64,000 bases of DNA, taken from contig CBDDEL010000013.1 of assembly GCA_965226885.1 (NCBI GenBank), positions 224,001-288,000 of the forward strand, in the 5' to 3' direction. Origin of the DNA: Opitutales bacterium. Its GTDB lineage: Bacteria; Verrucomicrobiota; Verrucomicrobiia; Opitutales; UBA2987. This document shows, piece after piece, positions 56,572 through 64,000 of this stretch (position 1 is the stretch's first letter; each line of letters opens with the position of its first letter). The position numbers and the translations under genes were made by a program. The notes beneath the pieces are model-generated. The model was not told the origin of the DNA, did not search any database, and saw only the letters and a program-made list of their open reading frames with translations.

Positions 56572-57789
56572 TTAAAAACGATGAAAAAACCCAAATCTCT
56601 CATAGATATTTCTCGCTTTTCCTTTTACTACTTCGGGAACGAATCGACGCCATGTTGGTTGAAATTTCATTGCGGGTTTAAAATTGCACCAAGGTTCAGG
56701 AGCCGTTGCGGGTTCTGGGTCAGTGATTACTTCACAAAATACCTTGTTATAAGATGCCCCAATTTTTTCAAGATTATAATTCCTCGCTACCTTTTTGGTG
56801 GCCGATTTACTCATGCTTTCTAATAAATTATTATCATAATAAAGGCGTCTAACACATTCAGCGAATTGTTGCGAATTCCCTTGATTACAAATTAATCCGT
56901 TGACCTCATTATCGACGATCCAGTCTGTTACTCCTTTTATTATTGATACAATTGGTACTACACCATTAGCCATGTTTTCCAGAAGAGCGTTTGGTAAACC
57001 CTCAAATTTGGAAGGCATCAAGAAAATATCCGCATGTGATAATTCGTCAGAAGTTTTTTCTGGGTTAAGTTTTCCTAGGAAGGTAACGGTTTTAGTATCA
57101 ACAAAATTTTGCATTTTTTTTATTAATGTCCTACCATCTGGACCATCCCCGATAATGGACAAATGAAAAGGAATTTTCCATTTTTCCAGAACATTAAGAA
57201 TCTTGGGAAGAAGAAAAATTCCTTTTGAATATTCTTCTAGTCGCCCCAAAAATACTAGATTTATGCATTTCCCTGTTGAAGAACATTTTTGAAAAGATTT
57301 ATTAGGAGGTTGAATATCTGTTCCATGAGGTATTAACCTGATTTTTGATTTCTGTATATTCCGTTTTTGAATAAGGTCATTCCACTGTCTAAGTGAGTTT
57401 ACTATGATTTTGTTTACTCTTTGGGGATGCACTGTAACTATGTCATAGGTATGTCGGGTAATATTATTGCACCGCATAATCACCCGTGTTGAATTAGGAA
57501 GATGTGGAATTGAAGCACTTGCGATTCTGCTACTCATGGGAATGACTATATCGATCTGATTATCCTCAATCCACTCTACGAATTTACGGGCGCAGGGTTG
57601 CAAAGCAGATTCGCCCGAAGCTATTTTTATGCAACCTTCATCGGCAATGGAATCGTCCCAAATGTCATTTTCAGGCCCGATACTAACACCTTGTAAAGTG
57701 CAATCGAATGTTTTAAAGGTTTTCCGTAAGTTAAGATAAAACCGATAGGGGCCACTAATTTTAGGGATAATGCAATATGCTATCTTCAA
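56572..57789 (-). CDS. GT4 glycosyltransferase
   Basis: FLGRL...KG, MPSKFEGLPNALLE. Confidence 0.9.
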   Translation of the reverse strand: MKIAYCIIPKISGPYRFYLNLRKTFKTFDCTLQGVSIGPENDIWDDSIADEGCIKIASGESALQPCARKFVEWIEDNQIDIVIPMSSRIASASIPHLPNSTRVIMRCNNITRHTYDIVTVHPQRVNKIIVNSLRQWNDLIQKRNIQKSKIRLIPHGTDIQPPNKSFQKCSSTGKCINLVFLGRLEEYSKGIFLLPKILNVLEKWKIPFHLSIIGDGPDGRTLIKKMQNFVDTKTVTFLGKLNPEKTSDELSHADIFLMPSKFEGLPNALLENMANGVVPIVSIIKGVTDWIVDNEVNGLICNQGNSQQFAECVRRLYYDNNLLESMSKSATKKVARNYNLEKIGASYNKVFCEVITDPEPATAPEPWCNFKPAMKFQPTWRRFVPEVVKGKARNIYERFGFFHRF

Positions 57790-57895
57790 TGTTCAAATTC
57801 CTCGTTTTCTGCCACTTTATTTTTAGAATTTCTGAATTCGTAACCGAACGTAGATAAAAAATATTTTATATATACTTTATTCATGATAAGAATTG

Positions 57896-58691
57896 GGTAG
57901 TGTTAACAATTTGAATGTTCAAGCTGTACTTTTTAGCGTGATTATGTTGTGAACTGGGAATGGTCCATATCACAGTAAAATGTCCTCAATGCGGAAGCGA
58001 TCACATCATCAAGCACGGCAAGGATCCGAAAGGGGTTCAGAAGTATCGATGCAAGGGGTGTGGTTATCAGTTTCGGCTTCACCCCAAAAGTCGTGAGCAT
58101 CCTCCGGCGCTGGTCAAGCAGGTGCTCCGTGCGCACCAAAACCGGATGAGCCTGCGTGCCATTTACCGTACCTTCGGGGTAGCCCCAAAGACGGTCATCG
58201 AATGGATTAAAAAAAAGTCCTGAGTTTGCCGAAGCTGGAGTCCACTCTGCCTGCCCGCCAGTGTAGTGATGTGCTGGAACTGGACGAGGTGTGGTCATTC
58301 TGGGGCGATAAGCGTTCGGGGCAGGTATGGCTATGGGTAGCCTTGTGTCGACGTACCCGACAGGTCGTCGGGTTTTCTCTGGGTGATCGTAGCGATCAAA
58401 CGTGCTGGCAGTTGTATCACAACATCGCCCAGCCCTATCGCGACTGTGCCACCGTAAGCGATTACTGGGAAAGCTACGACAAGGTTTTCCCTCACAACAG
58501 CGCCAGCGGGAAACAATCCGGCCAAACCGCCCATATCGAACGCTGGAACAATACCTTGCGACAGTCCCTGTCACGCTATGTGCGTAAAACGCTGTCATTC
58601 TCGAAGTCTTTGGTCATGCATTTTCGCGTCCTGTGCTTGTTCATCTGGGAATACAACAGCAATATCAAACATTCGTCATGTTAACACTACC
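57896..58691 (+). mobile_element. IS1-family element type B, copy 2 (796 bp)
   Basis: IRs; near-TSD AAGAATT(G/T); insA 57960-58223; insB 58226-58684. Confidence 0.94.
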
Positions 58692-59248
58692 AAGAATTTT
58701 TAGGTCAAGATTAGAGTCCTGGTGTTGATGGTGTATTTGTGGGGTTGGAAGAAATGTGCCGGAGATGCTCCGTTCTATCTTTGAATTGTGCCAATGCAAG
58801 CAACGGAATGGTGGCCAAATTATGGGTTGTGAGGTAGAGTGCGGTTTTCATGAAACTTTGGATGTGGATTGAATGGATTGATAATTGTTGGAACTGCAAA
58901 TTTCACGAATGACTGCTAAATTGTAATTTGGATTGGATGGTATTTTTTAAACATGGATTGACTCGGATAAAGATATTTTTGAATGATCGGCTCAGTTTAG
59001 TGGCCTAAGTAAATTTTGAAATCATGCAGGAGACGGCTTTTAGGGGGAATCGGTACCGGGCTTTGATCTATTTGGAGGACATTTCCCAGACTAGGTTTTC
59101 ATAAAATTGGATCGTAATAAGACAACGGTAAGAATGTTGCATCAGTCATTGCCGGAAGCAAATTCTTTTTATTTATTATTTCGTTTCTTAAATGCCTCTT
59201 TTCTTGAGTTGATGTGCACTGGAAAAAGTGGACACGAGATTCTCCTAA

Positions 59249-60815
59249 CCCGGATATTTCGTAAAAAAAGTATCGTTGATATGCTTAACTGCTGATATAC
59301 AGCAGGATAGATCAATAATTAAAGCAATATCAGCGATGACAAAAGGTAAACAATTAAAGCTACAGTTGACAAGGGTAAAAGGCCGCCGTGTGCGGGTTGA
59401 TTTCAAGGGCGGAGAGGTTACTTCGGATGCCGGACTGCTTTTGATCCGGGAAGTGGATCGGCAGTTGGGCTTGACCGAACGAGCGGCCCGACAGTTAGTG
59501 GACAAACGGCAGAAGGGCAAAGTACGCCATGAGGTCTTGGGGATGCTGCGGCAGCGCGTTTACGGGCTGGTGGCGGGCTATGAGGATTTGAACGACTTTG
59601 ATACCCTGCGCCACGATCCATTGTTGCAAACGGTAACGGGGCGCATTGAAACGTTGGCCAGCGCGCCGACTTTGTGTCGTTTTGAAAACGGGCAGGATCG
59701 GCGGGCGGCCTTTGCGGTAAACGAGCTGTTGGCCGAACAGTTCATGGGCTCCTTTGCCGAGGAACCCGAAGAGATCATCCTGGACTTTGACGCCACCGAC
59801 AATCCGGTGCACGGGCTCCAGGAGGGACGTTTTTTCCACGGTTATTATGATCATTACTGTTTTCTGCCGCTATATGTTTTTTGCGGTGATCAGCTGCTGG
59901 TGGCCTACCTGCGGCCGAGCAAGATCGATGCCAGCAAGCATGCCGGGGCCATCCTCAAATTGCTGGTTAAACGGATTCGCCAAAGCTGGCCCCGTACGCG
60001 GATTATTTGGCGCGCCGACAGTGAATTTTGTCGAGACCGGATACTCTCTTGGTGCGACCGCAACGAAGTTAGTTACATCGTGGGGATGGCTCGCAATGCA
60101 CGCTTGCAGCAAGACGCCCAGCAGTTGCAAAAGCAGGCCAAAGAATGGTTCGAACTAAGGGGTAAAAAACAACGGTTATCCCAGGACTTCGTCTATGCTG
60201 CCGATTCGTGGCGATGGCTGCGGTTGGTCATCCATAAAGCCGAACACACCGCACAGGGGTCCAACCCGCGCTTCGTGGTGACGAACCTGCCGGGCGATCC
60301 CCAGGAGCTTTACGACAAGGTATACTGTGGCCGCGGTGAAATGGAGAACCGAATCAAGGAACAGATGCAATTGTTCAGCGAGCGCACCAGCGCCCATCAA
60401 TGGTGGGCCAATCAGTGGCGATTGCTCTTGTCGGCGCTGGCCTACACCTTGATGGAAGCCATGCGCCGGTTAGCCTTAAAAGGGACGAAGTGGGCGCGGG
60501 CCCAATGCCACACCCTGCGGCTCAAATTAATCAAGATCGGAGCGGTCATCGTGCGCAACACCCGAACGATTCACTTTCACCTAAGTGAGAGTTATCCTTG
60601 GGCCAGTCTTTTCAACCATGCGGCCCGCCGATTGGTGCCAACCTAAAGGGTGCATTGGTGCTGCCCCCGGCACTACCGAACCAATGGGGGAAAGGGGGCA
60701 GTGTCTCTACACCCTGAAAAACACCTAAAAATCAAGACGATCTGCTCAAAATACAAAGAAATCCATCTCCAATAGCAATAACGAGCCAAACTTTACCCTT
60801 CATGAAATATCCGGG
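59249..60815 (+). mobile_element. IS1380-family element, copy 5
   Basis: Full 1567 bp; CTAA TSD; transposase 59276-60646. Confidence 0.96.
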
Positions 60816-61766
60816 CTAAATGGAGAATCGAAGCATGGGAAGAAGACGCTTTAGTATAGAGTTCAAAAATGAGGCAGTTCAACTGATGATACTCGATGGT
60901 CTGAGCGCCACCGAGGTATCGACCAAACTTGGGGTCAACACCAACCAATTGTATAGGTGGAAGAGGCTCTATCTGGACGATCAGCAGGGCGAAGCCACCT
61001 CAAAGCGACAGAGCAGTCCGAAGGAGATGGCGGCCGAGATAGATCGTCTTCGCAAAGAGCTGCGCCGCTCGGAGCGGATCAACCAGATACTAAAAAAACG
61101 GTGGGCTACTTTGCCAAGGACGAACAATGAAGTACCAGTTTGTCAAAGACAACGAGGGGCGCTTCAAGATCGAGGAAATATGCTCGGCGATGGGGATTTG
61201 TCGCAGTGGCTATTACTGCTGGAGGCACCGAGCGCCCTCGGCCCGGCGGATCGAGGACGAGGGAATCAAGGGGGCGATCCTGAAGGTACACAAAGAGGCC
61301 AAGGGCCGCTATGGGCATCGGCCAATGCACCGCCATCTGAAGGATGATGAGGGCATCGATTGCGGCCGTGACCGGGCTCTGCGTCTGATGCGTGAAATGG
61401 GAATCAAAAGCACCCAGAGTAAACGCTTTAAGCCATTAAAAACCAACAGTAACCATCCCTATGGTTACAGCCCCAATGTGCTTAAAAAGCATGGCCAGCC
61501 GACCCATATCGACGAGGTCTGGGTGGCGGACACGACCTACCTACGGACCCTGGCCGGTTGGATGTACTTGGCCACGGTGATGGACCTGTTCAGCCGACGC
61601 CTGCTGGGCTGGAGCGTTTCCAACCACAACGACGCGAAGCTGGTTGGCAAGGCCCTCAAAGCCGCGGCCATGACCCGCGGCACACTGCGCACCGGGATTA
61701 TTCATCACAGCGATCGGGGCAGCCCCTACGCCAGCGACGACTATCAGAGGCTGGTCTCTGAACTAG

Positions 61767-63333
61767 CCCGGATATTTCGTAAAAAAAGTATCGTTGATAT
61801 GCTTAACTGCTGATATACAGCAGGATAGATCAATAATTAAAGCAATATCAGCGATGACAAAAGGTAAACAATTAAAGCTACAGTTGACAAGGGTAAAAGG
61901 CCGCCGTGTGCGGGTTGATTTCAAGGGCGGAGAGGTTACTTCGGATGCCGGACTGCTTTTGATCCGGGAAGTGGATCGGCAGTTGGGCTTGACCGAACGA
62001 GCGGCCCGACAGTTAGTGGACAAACGGCAGAAGGGCAAAGTACGCCATGAGGTATTGGGGATGCTGCGGCAGCGCGTTTACGGGCTGGTGGCGGGCTATG
62101 AGGATTTGAACGACTTTGATACCCTGCGCCACGATCCATTGTTGCAAACGGTAACGGGGCGCATTGAAACGTTGGCCAGCGCGCCGACTTTGTGTCGTTT
62201 TGAAAACGGGCAGGATCGGCGGGCGGCCTTTGCGGTAAACGAGCTGTTGGTCGAACAGTTCATGGGCTCCTTTGCCGAGGAACCCGAAGAGATCATCCTG
62301 GACTTTGACGCCACCGACAATCCGGTGCACGGGCTCCAGGAGGGACGTTTTTTCCACGGTTATTATGATCATTACTGTTTTCTGCCGCTATATGTTTTTT
62401 GCGGTGATCAGCTGCTGGTGGCCTACCTGCGGCCGAGCAAGATCGATGCCAGCAAGCATGCCGGGGTCATCCTCAAATTGCTGGTTAAACGGATTCGCCA
62501 AAGCTGGCCCCGTACGCGGATTATTTGGCGCGCCGACAGTGGATTTTGTCGAGACCGGATACTCTCTTGGTGCGACCGCAACGAAGTTAGTTACATCGTG
62601 GGGATGGCTCGCAATGCACGCTTGCAGCAAGACGCCCAGCAGTTGCAAAAGCAGGCCAAAGAATGGTTCGAACTAAGGGGTAAAAAACAACGGTTATTCC
62701 AGGACTTCGTCTATGCTGCCGATTCGTGGCGATGGCTGCGGTTGGTCATCCATAAAGCCGAACACACCGCACAGGGGTCCAACCCGCGCTTCGTGGTGAC
62801 GAACCTGCCGGGCGATCCCCAGGAGCTTTACGACAAGGTATACTGTGGCCGCGGTGAAATGGAGAACCGAATCAAGGAACAGATGCAATTGTTCAGCGAG
62901 CGCACCAGCGCCCATCAATGGTGGGCCAATCAGTGGCGATTGCTCTTGTCGGCGCTGGCCTACACCTTGATGGAAGCCATGCGCCGGTTAGCCTTAAAAG
63001 GGACGAAGTGGGCGCGGGCCCAATGCCACACCCTGCGGCTCAAATTAATCAAGATCGGAGCGGTCATCGTGCGCAACACCCGAACGATTCACTTTCACCT
63101 AAGTGAGAGTTATCCTTGGGCCAGTCTTTTCAACCATGCGGCCCGCCGATTGGTGCCAACCTAAAGGGTGCATTGGTGCTGCCCCCGGCACTACCGAACC
63201 AATGGGGGAAAGGGGGCAGTGTCTCTACACCCTGAAAAACACCTAAAAATCAAGACGATCTGCTCAAAATACAAAGAAATCCATCTCCAATAGCAATAAC
63301 GAGCCAAACTTTACCCTTCATGAAATATCCGGG
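61767..63333 (+). mobile_element. IS1380-family element, copy 6
   Basis: Full 1567 bp; CTAG TSD; transposase 61794-63164; splits IS3 orfB. Confidence 0.96.
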
Positions 63334-63678
63334 CTAGGCATGAAGCCGAGCATGAGCGCCCAAGGCAACTGCTACGACAACGCGGCCATGGAATCGTTCT
63401 ACGGCCGCTTCAAGACCAGCACGATTCGAGGCCGCCACTTTGCCGACGAGCGCGAACTGCGATCAACTGTCTTCGAATACGTGGAAATCTTCTACAACCG
63501 ATATCGCAAACATTCCTCTCTGAGTTACCAAAGCCCAGTCCAATTCGAGGAAAATATTTGCCCCCCATGGGGGGCAACGAGAAAACAAAACCCGTTACCA
63601 AAACAAGCCGCCTGACACACTAATCAATAAACAATGAATATAAGAGAATCCCGTGTCCAACAAATCCAGTACACGTCA

Positions 63679-64000
63679 GAAGTGATAATAGTTGATGATG
63701 GGTCGACTGACAATACGTACGATAAGATCAAGGCTCACGCCGGCGACGCCACCTACATTCGGCAGGAAAATTCCGGATCAGGCGTGGCACGGAATACGGG
63801 GATTCGAGCGGCGTCCGGAACTTATATTGCGCTTCTTGACCACGACGATCTGTGGGACGAATCGTTTTTAAGTAAACAGGTTGAGATCGCGGAATCGCAC
63901 CGGGCCTGCGGGCTGGTTGCATGTGACGGCATTGAAGTTGACGGTGAAGAGATCGTATTGCCGCATTTGATTGGAGGAGTTCCGCGCCGGCTATTGGCTG
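63679..64000 (+). pseudogene. GT2 glycosyltransferase lacking its N-terminus; runs off the window
   Basis: Hand translation from the IS3 end: EVIIVDDGSTDNT...QENSGSGVARNTGIRAASGTYIALLDHDDLW. Confidence 0.85.

Larger units (their letters stand above)
59210..63678 (+). mobile_element. IS3-family element, copy 2, carrying two nested IS1380 insertions
   Basis: Left end at 59210, body 60816-61766, tail 63334-63678; OrfA frameshifted (A7 versus A8 in copy 1); no TSD. Confidence 0.93.

Noticed and set aside
58692..59209. Intergenic stretch with TGGATT iterations and a 62-aa ORF as an ops/JUMPstart or repeat element
   Set aside because: No clear consensus, periodicity or protein motif; likely a degraded promoter region.

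Overview
A 64-kb window from a bacterium in active genome decay, probably Verrucomicrobiota/Opitutales (inferred from gene content and a Trp-rich C-terminal domain; not proven). About 17 insertion-sequence copies from 7 element types fill roughly a third of the window by my hand count: 6x IS1380, 3+2 copies of two IS1 types, 2x IS3, 2x IS5-like/ISNCY, 1x IS21 and 1x IS630. Several are nested or sit at deletion junctions. Housekeeping genes look intact (kdsA, pyrG, rbsK, upp, msrPQ, glgA, dimeric dUTPase, YfgM-like TPR protein, clpP). At least a dozen accessory genes are broken by IS insertion, nonsense codons, single-base indels or short perfect tandem duplications (8, 11, 11 and 41 bp). The right third is a low-GC glycan locus with three paralogous PAPS sulfotransferases, a fourth sulfotransferase fragment, a methyltransferase and GT2/GT4 glycosyltransferases, suggesting a sulfated surface polysaccharide. 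Best novelty candidates: (i) an unannotated multi-hairpin transcript with its own terminator that only appears when an IS1380 is removed (17.3 kb + 19.0 kb); (ii) a Trp/aromatic-rich C-terminal domain shared by two unrelated extracellular-type hydrolases; (iii) the sulfotransferase array with conserved ends and divergent middles; (iv) the micro-duplication mutational signature. No CRISPR array, rRNA or tRNA was seen.
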